Source of the DNA: Phyllosticta citribraziliensis
Lineage: Eukaryota
NCBI RefSeq assembly: GCF_038025025.1
Contig: NW_027117345.1
Coordinates: 1,922,001 to 1,986,000, forward strand
Direction of reading: 5' to 3'
Length of the DNA stretch: 64,000 nt
Notes under the pieces: generated by a model
What the model was told of the DNA's origin: nothing
The model's input: the letters and a program-made list of their open reading frames with translations, nothing else
The model's database searches: none
Program-made: the position numbers and the translations under genes
In this document: piece after piece, positions 50,263 through 61,070 of the stretch
How the letters are laid out: each line of letters starts with the position of its first letter
How positions within the stretch are numbered: position 1 is the stretch's first letter

Positions 50263-52075
50263 TCAGATCCATTCCGCAACCATCATGCACTGCTCCTTCA
50301 TTGTACCATCCTCAGCTTCTTCGAAATGCTCTTTGATTTCCTCCTCTGTGAAGCTGTACGGGCACGGATCCTTCGTGCTGAACCGATTCCAGCTTCTGTG
50401 GTGGAAGATTAGCCTCTTGCTGTCCAGTCTGGTGATTCACAATGACAACAAACCTCTGAACGGCAACAAGGAAATGCCTCAATGGCAAAGTGTAGCCAGA
50501 TGCCAGCTGCTCGACAGCTGCCATGAGCGAGGTGACTGGGTTCTTTCTCACCTTATCCTCCTCTTGATCGCGAGCTTCCTTCGCCCGCAAGAATTGTTCA
50601 ATCTCCTTCCCATATCCTTGAAATTTGAGCTGGTTGATGAATTGCTCCGGTGAATAAGTGTCGCCAGAACTGCAGCGCTCGATTCGGTACCAAGGGGGCT
50701 TCGTAGGAGGATGGGTCGCAAACAATGGGCCCACCCATGCACCTCGCCAGCCAATCACGCTTTTAATATGTCCTTTCTCATCCACGAAGATGTTGCCAAA
50801 GTTCAAATCCGGGTGACACAGCCTTGCGGCAGTCGATTCGCCGTCTTTTGGCATCACATGCTCGACAATTGACAAGGCCTTTCGGAGCAACTCGACTTTG
50901 ACATCAGTTGACGGTTGTAGTTCTTCTTTCTGGGCTTGATCTTCGACTGATTTAGAGGCATGTTCAGACATACGGTCAATATCGTGCTGCAGCTGCGTCT
51001 GGACGTAGTCAACAGCAGATTTCCCTGGAAATCACAGTCAGCAACATCAATACTCAAGGGCTTATCGAAGACGTACAGGGGCCGTACTGAAGTTCAGTGG
51101 CATGTCCCCCTGCATTTACGGTCAGCAAAATCAATGTTTAAGGGTTCCCCGTCAGACATACAGGGACGGCGGTCACGGTTTACTCCCTCTCGTCTGATCC
51201 TCGTGTTACTGACAGAGGGACCGGTCCAAGCTCTGCCTAATTTCGTGGACGTGGTTTCCAATGGGTTGAATTGGTACGTGTGCTGACTATAGATCTGATT
51301 AAAGTAGAGAGATCCATACCTACCCTTGAGCGTCAGTGTGGGTTGAAAGCTCGTGGAACTCAACGACGACCAACCATTTGAACTGATACGAGGCGAGCTT
51401 TCTCTCAAAGTCGAAAACTTCAGTGACTGCCGTCACTTGAGCTTTCCACTCCAGTTCTGCCCATGCCTGTCTCAATGGAGTGCCCTCCGCAGCGTTCATT
51501 ATGATGAATTGCATTTCTGGAAGTGCTTTGTTGTCTGAACCAACCGAAGTTGTTTCCCAGTAGTCTGTAGAGCTGTACAACCTCGTCATGGGTACTGGAA
51601 GGTTCAAAATTCCACGGACAAATTCCATGGTGGCCACCTCGGAGTTTACGGTTTGATCGACGAATACAGAATGTTCGGAAGATGGATTTGTGAGCTTCAT
51701 GATAGCTGTTGTGCCGGACGGAGACGATGGCAGCTTAGCGTTCAGGCGAAGCAGTTGGTAAAAACTTCCTCGTGCAATCCTCTCCACGCCACCTTCTTCG
51801 ACAGGCAGGCATACGAAATATGCGTCATGCTCAGCAATACTCTGAATCGCAGCGAAGTCGTACAACGTCTTCACTTCTTCGCCTTGATTGCAGAGTTTAC
51901 AGTGGCTGTCGTACGCAAAGAAATGTTTTTCCTGCGCTGGAGCTTCGGAAGACATTGGTCGCCGGGAATGGAGCGCGTTTGCGAGCGCAAAGGTGGGGCG
52001 CAAGAACGGAGGTTTGATTGCGCGCATTGTGCGCAGGGCCACGCTGGACTGAGCCCAGGTAGCGAGTCGAATCAT
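50263..52075 (-). CDS. APH/AIM9-like phosphotransferase-fold protein, paralog 2; 5 exons including a 33-nt microexon; probable pseudokinase
   Basis: Presequence-like MIRLATWAQSSVALRTMRAIKPPFLRP; SEVATMEFVRGILNLPVP; W-YGSLYF; GP-WKSAVDYV; LCHPDLNFGNIFVD..VIGWRGAW; CPYSFTEEE. Confidence 0.82.
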
Positions 52076-52414
52076 GTTGTAGCTGATCCGGTCATTGGAG
52101 TGGAAAGGCTTGAGTTGAGAAGGGAGAGTGGAGGTTGGCGGTCGTTGATGCGTTGACACAGCAGGCGGGCGGTATTTGTGACACTACAGGGGAAGCTAAC
52201 CCGATGTGGTCATCGTCACCTTCAACGAGGGAATGCCTGATCATCGAGCAAAGGAAGAGCCTCCCCAATTTTGAGGCGGATCAATATCATTGCGGAGAGG
52301 GTTGATCGATTTCTACAAGAGCAGAGCGGAGTTCGAGTCTCAAAGCCTTCGACAGCGCCTCAAATCCCACCAGGCGCTTTCCATAGCGCTTGTCCGTTTC
52401 TGGGTCTCATGCCA

Positions 52415-54010
52415 CTACACGACGGTCCAGAGTCCTACACCCATGCAGGCTTTGGCCACACGCTTATCACCCGCCTCTGCAAATTTGTCCATCTTCTGAT
52501 TGGCCATCTTGATCTCTTCATCCGTAATACGGTACGGACATGGCACTGGTGCGCCAAAGCGTTTCCAATGACTGCGAAAAGGGCATTAGTTATTTATCAT
52601 TCAGCCACATGCGGATCAGGGAAACATACGCCTTGACATGCATCAAGAGCACCTCGAGCGGCAAGGTCCCAAATCGTTGTGTCCTCAGGCCGATGTGGAG
52701 CAGCGGTAGAATTGGCTCCTTCAGCGCTTTTCTCAGCATCGCACTTTGTTCCCATAGCGTTTGTGAAAGCTCGCCGAGCTCTTCTCCGCTGACCTTCGAC
52801 TTGAGTTGCTTGATAACTTTTTCTGGATTCAGGTCTTCATCGCCCGGAGTCAATTTCAAGGCCCAGTTAAGGCTTGCGAACGCTGGTCCAATCCATGAGG
52901 ATCGCCAGCCGATGACAGTCTTGACACGAAACTTTTCATCGACGTAGAGATCGTCTATGCTGAGAACCGGGTGATGTAGCTTGGGTGACGTGAGATCGTT
53001 GTCTTTTGGCATGATGAACGGGACAATCGACAACGCTCTCTGCAGAAGCTCGATGTGATACTCGTACGGGGTGCCGGACTTGTCAACGTTGTCGGGAGTG
53101 TTCATCTTTTTGGAAAGACACTCAATCTGACAACGCAGACGCGATTCGACGTAGTCGTACGCACACGTCCCTTTCAAATCAAGTTAGCAAAACCTTTGCT
53201 TAGGGATAGAGTTGTAGACGCACAAGGGCCATGATATTCCTCCATGAGATGTTTGTCGTCCCCTTTGAAAAGCATACTTTCACACGAACGACCAATGTAG
53301 AACTCGGATTCGGTGAGCTGCTTCTCTTCTGGAGAGGCGCCATGCAAGACTTTGGCCTTCTGGCCTTCTGGAACCTCGTACATGAAGTCAGATGAGGGAC
53401 GATAGATTGAACCGTAACTGTGAAGTATATTAGTGCAAAGCAGCTGGACAGAGCAAGATACGAACCGATCAAAGGTGAACGAGGACACCCTTTTCTCAAT
53501 CTGCCAGCCAGAGTGTGTCAATCTCGTTCTGGTCACCACGTCCTTCTGCAATATCTCTTTGGCCGAGCTGGCAGGAATGCCCTCTGCAAAGTCCATGAGA
53601 ACCGCCCTGTGGCAAAACGCTGCTCCAAGGTCTTGGTTGATCCAGATCTTGGCTTCAGGAACGGGCAACTTCAACACTGTCCGAAGAAAGTGCAAGGTAG
53701 CGACCTCGGAAAATTGTTGATAGCGCATGTATTTCAAGTCCCCGTCGGCGGAGTGCAGAATCTTCAAAAATTGCCCCGCTGATTCTTCGCCTTCGGACAG
53801 CTTCATCGTGAAGCTTTTGAAAGCTCCTTTTTCGTTTGTTTGCTTTTCATTTTCGTCAAAGAATTGCAGATCTTTCTTGGGGAGGCGACTGCTTGAATGC
53901 TTCGTGGAGAGGGCGAAAGTGTTGGCGAGCGCATAAGACGGGCGCAAGAGTGGAGGCTTGATCTTAGGCAAAGCCACGCAGGGTCGGGCCCTCGCGACAA
54001 ACCGGAACAT
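52415..54010 (-). CDS. APH/AIM9-like phosphotransferase-fold protein, paralog 3; 4 exons; probable pseudokinase
   Basis: Presequence-like MFRFVARARPCVALPKIKPPLLRP; SEVATLHFLRTVLKLPVP; R-YGSIYR; HGP-WTCAYDYV; LHHPVLSIDDLYVD..VIGWRSSW; CPYRITDEE. Confidence 0.8.
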
Positions 54011-54347
54011 CTTGAATGCTGGTAGAGCACTCCGGGGGGCAAAAGATTGAGTTGACGTGAGAGAATGGAGGATGGAGGTGGGTGGTGATCGATTTATCGG
54101 CGGCGGGCGATGTTTGCGCAACCACCCGCGCTAGTGGCCCGAATTGGTCGTCGTGTCTGCCGCAAATCTTAAGGCAGTGTTAATTCAGCAAGGTGGAAAA
54201 ATAGAAGGCGAGATTGGATTTCTCGTCGTCCCCAACTACGAGGCCGACACGTCCCTACAGAAAAACAGCAAAACCAACTCCCCAAAGCGTTCCAGCGCGA
54301 TCCACTTCATAAAGACCGAGAAAAAGAACAAGACAGGAATCCCAGAA

Positions 54348-54965
54348 TCACATCTTCCATCGACAACTCAGCTTCTCACCCTTCAGGACCAAAACGAGGC
54401 GCTTCTCCCGGGCCGGCACGTCCTCACACCTCTCGACCAACCGCCTATACTCTTCCTTGCGCTTCTTGAACCGCAACACAGTCAGCCGCCGCATGCGCAG
54501 CGTCTCCTTCTCGATGAAGAGCTGCCACACCGTCTTTGGCCGCGTACACGCATCAAAGAAGTCCTTCGAGCGCCTGCCAAACTTTAGAACAAGGGGCTCA
54601 AGCTTGGCGGCAGTCGAGCGGCGCAGCGCATACCTCTTTGACGGTGTTTGAGACTTCTTCTCGCGCCTTCGCGGCGACGTTGGGGCCTGTTTTTCTGCTG
54701 CGCGCGGCCGGAAGGGCAGCAGCAGCGGCTTACTCTCGTCCTCGTCGAACGATGTCCTTGTCGGAGACGGGCTCGAGGCGAGCGAGCACTTTGGCGACTC
54801 TGGCATGTCGAACATACTGACGTAGGCGTGGTTTTCAAGACAGCTGCGGCAGGTGGGCTCGTAGCAAGGCAGACTCAGCGTTACGCGGTCGCGCTCGTAG
54901 TTGAAGCGGTGGATCTGGCGGCCGCAGTTGGTACGGCGAGTCTTTGGGGCGGTATCGTCTATCAT
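54348..54965 (-). CDS. Hypothetical protein (205 aa) with an N-terminal Cys/His cluster and a basic C-terminus
   Basis: Intronless ATG ORF with gene-like codon use. LPCYEPTCRSCL resembles half of a RING-type zinc motif. Confidence 0.5.
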   Translation of the reverse strand: MIDDTAPKTRRTNCGRQIHRFNYERDRVTLSLPCYEPTCRSCLENHAYVSMFDMPESPKCSLASSPSPTRTSFDEDESKPLLLPFRPRAAEKQAPTSPRRREKKSQTPSKRYALRRSTAAKLEPLVLKFGRRSKDFFDACTRPKTVWQLFIEKETLRMRRLTVLRFKKRKEEYRRLVERCEDVPAREKRLVLVLKGEKLSCRWKM

Positions 54966-55740
54966 GTCGCCAGCGTAATTAGTGGGTGCCTGCGTGAATG
55001 GCTGAGGAGGGGGCCGTCGTCGAGCAGCTCACTGACCAATGCCGTGGCAAGCTCTGCTGTCGCGATCCGGGGTCGGTTTGTGGAAGTGTTTGACGTGGCA
55101 ATGATGAGATGCTTGCTCTTTCGTATGCAGACAAATGGTCTTGAATATGGAAGCGAATGATGGTTTGAATGAGTGCAGTCTTGGAATCTGAGGAAACGAA
55201 TGAAGTTTGCAAAAGAAGCTACCAGAGCTTGAATGAGAGAATGAGAGGCAAGCAGGAAGACAAACTGGCACTGGAAAGGTAGGAACGATGGGGGTGTGAT
55301 AGAAATATGCTGACAATGGACAGAACAGGAGCGTTGGGCAGTGACGTTCTTTATTCGTCAAGTCAATGGCTTGTACTTGCCTTTGTCGCCAAAGACAAAT
55401 GACTGAGACATTCTTGCAGCAAAGGTCAGCCAAACGTACAAAGGACTTGGATTGTAAGCGAGACGTGACTGAAAAACGCCGCGCCAGCCAGTGCTATTTT
55501 AGGGTTCCTCCACGTGGAAAGCTCATTCAAGAGTGGTACGCCACTTCCATGACCTCCAGGCAACGTCTAAAGTGCCTGTTTAGGGTTCGTGTTCTAAATG
55601 GCTGATGCGAGGGGCGAGAGGCAAAAACTGGGAGCTGTGGAAAACAGGTCTTGCGCGTCGAGGTCACTATTGAATATTAGTCCACTGAAATCGTATGTTC
55701 AAAACTGTCAATACTGACATGCTCAGACGACTTTCCCGCC

Positions 55741-56307
55741 TTAGACAGGCGTCCTGCCCTTCTTGTTCTCCTCCTCACTCTCCTCCTCTGTCCTCTCGGG
55801 AGCATTCATGCGCAGAGGGTCGACAAGCAGGAACGGCTGCCTGTCAGGACCAAACGTCTTGATCCACCGGGGCTGGATGCCGTAGTCCTCGAGGTATCCG
55901 GCAGTCGTGCTGTACTCACTGAAGCTCTTCCGAGTCTCCTCCTTGACGACGTCCGCCGAGGCCGCCAGCTTCTCCAACACGGCCGCGTTCGCCGTCGACG
56001 CCGCGCTCTCCAGCTCCCTCTTGAATTCTGGGCCCAGGTCGTCTGGGAACGTGATGATGGGCACGGGACCGTTACTGTCTGGGAGGAGCGGAGTGGCGTC
56101 CTCGGCGACGGACTCGAGTGCGGTTTGGTCGACGCGTCTGTGGCTGACCATGCCCTTGATCGACTGGGCAAGGCCTCGGACGGAAAAGTTGGCGTGTCTC
56201 GTGGCGTAGGGACTCGAAGTGGTCGGCTGGGCTTGTCTGCTGCGGACAATGCCCCGGAGGCGGTCCTTGGCCTTCGAGATGGCGGGCTTGAGTCCTTGAT
56301 AGGGCAT
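55741..56307 (-). CDS. Hypothetical protein (188 aa)
   Basis: ATG in ATCATG context, C/G-ending codon bias, no recognisable domain. Confidence 0.55.
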   Translation of the reverse strand: MPYQGLKPAISKAKDRLRGIVRSRQAQPTTSSPYATRHANFSVRGLAQSIKGMVSHRRVDQTALESVAEDATPLLPDSNGPVPIITFPDDLGPEFKRELESAASTANAAVLEKLAASADVVKEETRKSFSEYSTTAGYLEDYGIQPRWIKTFGPDRQPFLLVDPLRMNAPERTEEESEEENKKGRTPV

Positions 56308-57027
56308 GATGGCGAGATAGAAGCGTTTGAAAAGGTAAGACCTGAGATGACGAGAGAAGAGGATGCGGATGGTCGAGTCAGAGTTGAAGAAGAGAAGAGC
56401 ATCAGGCTCGTGGAATTTTTGATATTACGGTTGTGGGCGTGAAAGCCGCGAGAACACCAGCCGCAGTCACCAGCCGCGAGAACACCATCTGCGAAGGTCG
56501 TGAATATGGCCACATGGCGGCTATTCCAAATAGCAAGGTGTGTGAATGTTTACACATCATCATTTTCAAACTGACATTGACAAGAGCGAGTGCACAAGAA
56601 CGCATAGTAGCCATGCGTGAGCCCAAGACAATGGCCGGCTTGGTCAATGATACAAGTCTGACCGTTAGAAGGCTGTTACGGCTAACGCGGAGCCAAGCAG
56701 GACAAGGAGGAAAGTGAAAGAAGAGACCAATGTGAGGACAATGCAGTTTGAAGGTGGCACAATCCTGAACAATGTCAGCTTAAAGACGACCCTCGCGGAT
56801 TGTTTTCGACATGAAAGAGCTCAGCCAGGGGGACAAAGGAGTGCGCAAGACAAAGTGCTTATCCACCTCCTCCCGACCACGCGTATATAACGAGGGCCGA
56901 AGCGACTTCAAGCTGATCCTCATCATACAAGCTCAATCCAACCAACTCAAGCAGGTCTTGACGACACACGATCAGGAATCGCAACCAAGGCTCACCCTAA
57001 TACAGCTCCACAACACCTACAGACACG

Positions 57028-58188
57028 ATGTTCTCCATGCACAACAACAAGCAGGTATTCAAGGGTTGCTCTGGAGGAGCCCGCCGCAACGAGTACTGGC
57101 ACAACCTGGTTTGTGGCCACATTATCAGCACCCGCCCTATGCACACTGAGTGCGGTCCCAACTGCGCCGGCCACGGAGGCAAGCCCTCGACGTTGCCGTT
57201 CTTGTGCCCGGCTTGTGGGGATACCGCGGGTCGCTGGTGCAGGATGTATGATATAGAGACCGAGACCAGGCGAATTTCCCCGGCCTCCTCGCACACAGTA
57301 ACCTTTTCGGATGCAGACCCCCTCGATTTCGAACCCATGGATGCTGACTTTAGCGATGGTGGAAGCAGCAATGGATACATGGAGCTCGACGACGACGATG
57401 ACTCCTCCGACCAGATCTGGGATATCCTGGATATACCGTCCAGTGTAGCGGACGACAGGTCCGACTACATGGATACCAACACAGATGTCGACATGGACGA
57501 AGTCAGATCCAGGAGCAGTTCCGCGCGAGATGTCAACATGGACGACGCCAGATCCAGGGCCAGTTCCACACGAGACGTCGACATGGACGACGTCCGATCC
57601 AGGGGCAGTTCCGCGCGCTGGAGTACCTCCCCCAACGCCAGGAGCTCGCCACCTCCTGCGCAGACCTCTCCCCCTCCGGAGTGGGATAGCAGCGACGACG
57701 AAGCCTCATCTTCTTATGTCCCGGCATCCCCAAACACCAGTCCACAGCCGCCGCCAGTCGAGTTTGGTGTTGAATGCGTCTTGCCTGACGGACGCGTCTT
57801 GCCTCGCACGGGGCGTTTCTGGCGCTGGGCGCCCACCGGACGCCGACAGGTAAGGCTCGAGGAGATGCGCAGGATGACTCTCAACCACCGCGGCCGTCCG
57901 TACAGGCGCGAGCGCGAAAGGTCGCGCTCGCGCAGCCCGGAGCGTTTCCTCCAGTCGATGAGCGCGCACGGCTCCACGCAGCGTTCCACGAGCACGGAGA
58001 GTGGGCGTCGCTCCACTTCCACGCAGGATAGTATGACGCGCTCGAGGAGCCCGTACCGTGTCCTTCCGTCGGGGAGGATTGCGCGGGTTCAGAGGCAGCG
58101 CTCGACGAGCGCGGAGCGCGAGCATAGGACGTACCGTTACGGCTTCCAGGTTAGCAAGCGCAGGAGCCGGAGCCCGGAGCTTCAGTGA
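57028..58188 (+). CDS. Hypothetical protein (386 aa): N-terminal Cys/His zinc-binding-like motif, acidic middle with 3x15-aa repeat, RS-rich tail
   Basis: TATATAA about 140 nt upstream; CGH..HTECGPNC..FLCPAC; repeat DVDMDEVRSRSSSAR; RERERSRSRSPER. Confidence 0.7.
   Translation: MFSMHNNKQVFKGCSGGARRNEYWHNLVCGHIISTRPMHTECGPNCAGHGGKPSTLPFLCPACGDTAGRWCRMYDIETETRRISPASSHTVTFSDADPLDFEPMDADFSDGGSSNGYMELDDDDDSSDQIWDILDIPSSVADDRSDYMDTNTDVDMDEVRSRSSSARDVNMDDARSRASSTRDVDMDDVRSRGSSARWSTSPNARSSPPPAQTSPPPEWDSSDDEASSSYVPASPNTSPQPPPVEFGVECVLPDGRVLPRTGRFWRWAPTGRRQVRLEEMRRMTLNHRGRPYRRERERSRSRSPERFLQSMSAHGSTQRSTSTESGRRSTSTQDSMTRSRSPYRVLPSGRIARVQRQRSTSAEREHRTYRYGFQVSKRRSRSPELQ
57484..57618 (+). repeat. Coding tandem repeat, 3 x 45 nt
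   Basis: GATGTCGACATGGACGA..AGATCCAGG..CAGTTCC.CGCG units start at 57484, 57529 and 57574. Confidence 0.9.
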
Positions 58189-58891
58189 GTACATCCATTT
58201 TCCCCATTAATAGCCTTCTAGAGCTCTGGTAAGCTCAGACAGGGAGTAGGCAAGTTAAGGTAATACGCAAAATGATGAATCTCCAAAATTTTCCAAGCTC
58301 TTTGTTTCTTGTGATGCAGACTGTGAAGGTTGAAGCTGTGAGTTTGAGACGTAGAAGCAAGTGTGACACTGATACTTGGCCTTGCAAGCAAGCCCGACGA
58401 CTCTGACCACGAAAGTATGCACTCGAAGTGGAAGTTGATGTAAAAACCACGAAGACCAACTTACCCCTGAACGCCACCACATCAGCCAACTTCACTACAC
58501 CCACACCCCTCACCCACCTCCTCTCCATCCCCAAGCACCTTCATGGTGACCACACACGCAAACGTCTCCAAAGCCCCTCAAATAATTACGGAAGTCGCCC
58601 GTCCGCAAAAAACCGCCAAGCCCCTGAACGCCGAGCCCCCACCAACAAAGAAGACCGGCCGCGCACACCACCATATCCGTAGCAAATGCGGCAACGACGG
58701 CGACCGCGTTCAGAGCGCTTGGCACGAGGCGAACGGACAACAGGACAAAGAGGACGGATGTGCTGTGGATATATGCGACGATGTTGCCGCATCTCACCGC
58801 GAATGATGGCAGCTTCGGAATTTATATGGCCTGTGACCACTGAACAGCTTGATCGACAAGTCTGCATTTTTGCGTAATTTGGGAAGACTCG

Positions 58892-59614
58892 ATGAAGCGC
58901 GCGCGTTCTGATCCTACGCACGCGATGCCTGCGAAGCGTCCGCGGACCGGCGACTCGTCACGGCGCTCGAGGCTAGCACGCACGCAGCAACCGGGCAAAG
59001 GCGACAGACAAGAGCTGCGATCATACAACGCACACAGCCGCGCCTCGAGCTCCGCTTCCTCGACCGCCGGGCTTCGTGCAAAAGAACCGAGACTTTTGCC
59101 GCAGCGGCCCGTCTCACGAAAAGACCATTCAACCTCGGGCCACGGCAAGCGTCAGAAGGAATTCAGGGAGCCGACACCAGCGTCACTGGCGCAGCGTTCG
59201 TATTGCAGTCCAAGAAAGTTCCAGGACCTGGCGGCGGCGGCGCTGCGGATCGTTGAGCAGCATTTTGCCATTCCGCATGTGCAAACCCGGCAGCGACGGC
59301 AGAAGCATTTCCAGGATCGGCAGGACCGCGATAGAAGCCAGAGTGTCTTACACCGCAGAGAATACGAGCCGGGGTGGCATCTTGAAGAATTGGCGTCGCA
59401 TGAGCCTGACTCGGATGGCGATGAAGGAGGGGATGCGGAAGATACAGACGAGGCGGAACCCGGGACTGTATATGAAAGCCGCGAGACGGACTGGGGATAT
59501 ACCAAGCCGGTGGTTATCGAGCTGGAAGAGAGTGATGGATGTAGTGATGAGGATGGGCACGATACGCCGGTTGAGGATCGCGCTGCTTGGTTGAGGGCTG
59601 TCAGAGGGGCATAA
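58892..59614 (+). CDS. Hypothetical protein (240 aa), basic N-half and acidic C-half, possibly nuclear
   Basis: Intronless ATG ORF; NLS-like PAKRPR; acidic tail; AT-rich 3' region follows. Confidence 0.55.
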   Translation: MKRARSDPTHAMPAKRPRTGDSSRRSRLARTQQPGKGDRQELRSYNAHSRASSSASSTAGLRAKEPRLLPQRPVSRKDHSTSGHGKRQKEFREPTPASLAQRSYCSPRKFQDLAAAALRIVEQHFAIPHVQTRQRRQKHFQDRQDRDRSQSVLHRREYEPGWHLEELASHEPDSDGDEGGDAEDTDEAEPGTVYESRETDWGYTKPVVIELEESDGCSDEDGHDTPVEDRAAWLRAVRGA

Positions 59615-59780
59615 CTACAAGAGACGGAGATTTGGACAAGCAATCCAAGAAATAAATAAGTTGAATTTGTACAGCATAGCGTTGAATTTGACACCTTGTT
59701 CAAAACGAAAGCCGGACTGAGATGACGTGAAATCAGTTTTGAACTTTTGAATGTGATCGAAAGTGACATAGACGAGACAA

Positions 59781-61070
59781 TTAGGGAGGAGGTGCGAGAT
59801 CCAATCCCTCGACCGTAAGCTTGAAGGCGTCGTGGCGAGCATACGAACCAGCGACGTCCAGGTCCAGTCGTCCTCTCTCGCAATCCTCAAAGTCGACATC
59901 AACGACCAAAAGGCCGTCGGAATCGTCCTCCCACAGCGGACCGCCCAGGACGTCGCCCAGCGGGGAGATAATGCAAGATCCGCCTCTGCAGACAAACTCT
60001 TCGTCTTCATCAGAGGAAACCGGATGGTCCTGTCCGGCCTTCGGCTCTGGCCAGCAAATCTCGTGATGCTCTGGCGTCTCGGTGATTTTGGACTTGCGGC
60101 GGCCGCGAGGAGAAATGCTGTTCGGTCTCGATTCGTCTCCGTCTTCAATAGCCGAAGACGATGTTCCGTTGGGGACAGCAGGCAAACAAATTTCATGACC
60201 TTCTCTGGTCGTGACAGTAGACCTTCTGCGTCCGCCTAGCTTGTGCTCAACGGCGTGGTCCTTCTTTTCGACCTCCTTTTTCGCCGCCACGGCCGGGTTT
60301 CTCACCCACTCTGGCAAATGCTTTCTCCTGACACATTGATTCGAGCTCAAGACAAATGCGCGGCTCTCGCACGCCACGGTCCTCATTAGCGGCAGCCAGG
60401 TATCGCGGGCATCGGCCGTTGGCGCCAGATACAAGTTGACGTTCTGGGAGTAAATGGCGAACCGCGTCAACGGCATCAGATTCTCCCAACAGATGGCGGC
60501 CGCGAGCGTGACCCGGACGCCCTTGATATCGGTGACGACGGCCTTGAGCGTGCTCGCTGCACCCTGAGCCCACACGAGGCGCTCTGTCCCTGTCGGCATG
60601 ACCTTGCGACGCTTGCCCAGCATCCCCAGCCGCGGACACACGTACACAACGGCGCAGTATAGACTGCCTCCGGCGCGCTCGACGAGTCCCGTCACCAAAA
60701 AGACGCCCGTCTCGCGCGCGATGCGCTCCAGCTCTTCTCGCGTCCCGTCGCCCCGCACCGAGGACCCTTTGGCCAGTGGTAATTTGCGGTCTACCCATGC
60801 ATCGCCGGCGCCCACGGGCGTGTCGCCAAGATCAACCGCGTCGTGGAAATAATGCAGGAATTGGTCGCGACCATTAGGATCACGTGCTCCGACCGCGGCG
60901 CCAAATGTACATGTGCGAGGATATCCCCCTAGATAGGCCTCGGGGAAGAGGACCAGGTCGACGCCGTTGGCAGCGGCGCGCTTGGTGGTTGCTTCGAGGG
61001 CCTTGAGGGTGTCTTGAGTGGTGTCCAAGGTGCGAGACTGGGCCACAGCCAGCTTGAGTCTTTGTGGCAT
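59781..61070 (-). CDS. Carbon-nitrogen hydrolase / nitrilase family protein
   Basis: Catalytic triad motifs LFPEAYLGGYP (Glu), KRRKVMPTGTERLVW (Lys) and AICWEN (Cys); GGSCIISPLG; DLDVAGSYAR. Confidence 0.95.
   Translation of the reverse strand: MPQRLKLAVAQSRTLDTTQDTLKALEATTKRAAANGVDLVLFPEAYLGGYPRTCTFGAAVGARDPNGRDQFLHYFHDAVDLGDTPVGAGDAWVDRKLPLAKGSSVRGDGTREELERIARETGVFLVTGLVERAGGSLYCAVVYVCPRLGMLGKRRKVMPTGTERLVWAQGAASTLKAVVTDIKGVRVTLAAAICWENLMPLTRFAIYSQNVNLYLAPTADARDTWLPLMRTVACESRAFVLSSNQCVRRKHLPEWVRNPAVAAKKEVEKKDHAVEHKLGGRRRSTVTTREGHEICLPAVPNGTSSSAIEDGDESRPNSISPRGRRKSKITETPEHHEICWPEPKAGQDHPVSSDEDEEFVCRGGSCIISPLGDVLGGPLWEDDSDGLLVVDVDFEDCERGRLDLDVAGSYARHDAFKLTVEGLDLAPPP

Noticed and set aside
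52340..52417. TAG stop of paralog 3 as an A-to-I-edited premature stop
   Set aside because: The stop falls at about the same position as in paralog 2, and the read-through sequence shows no conserved motif.
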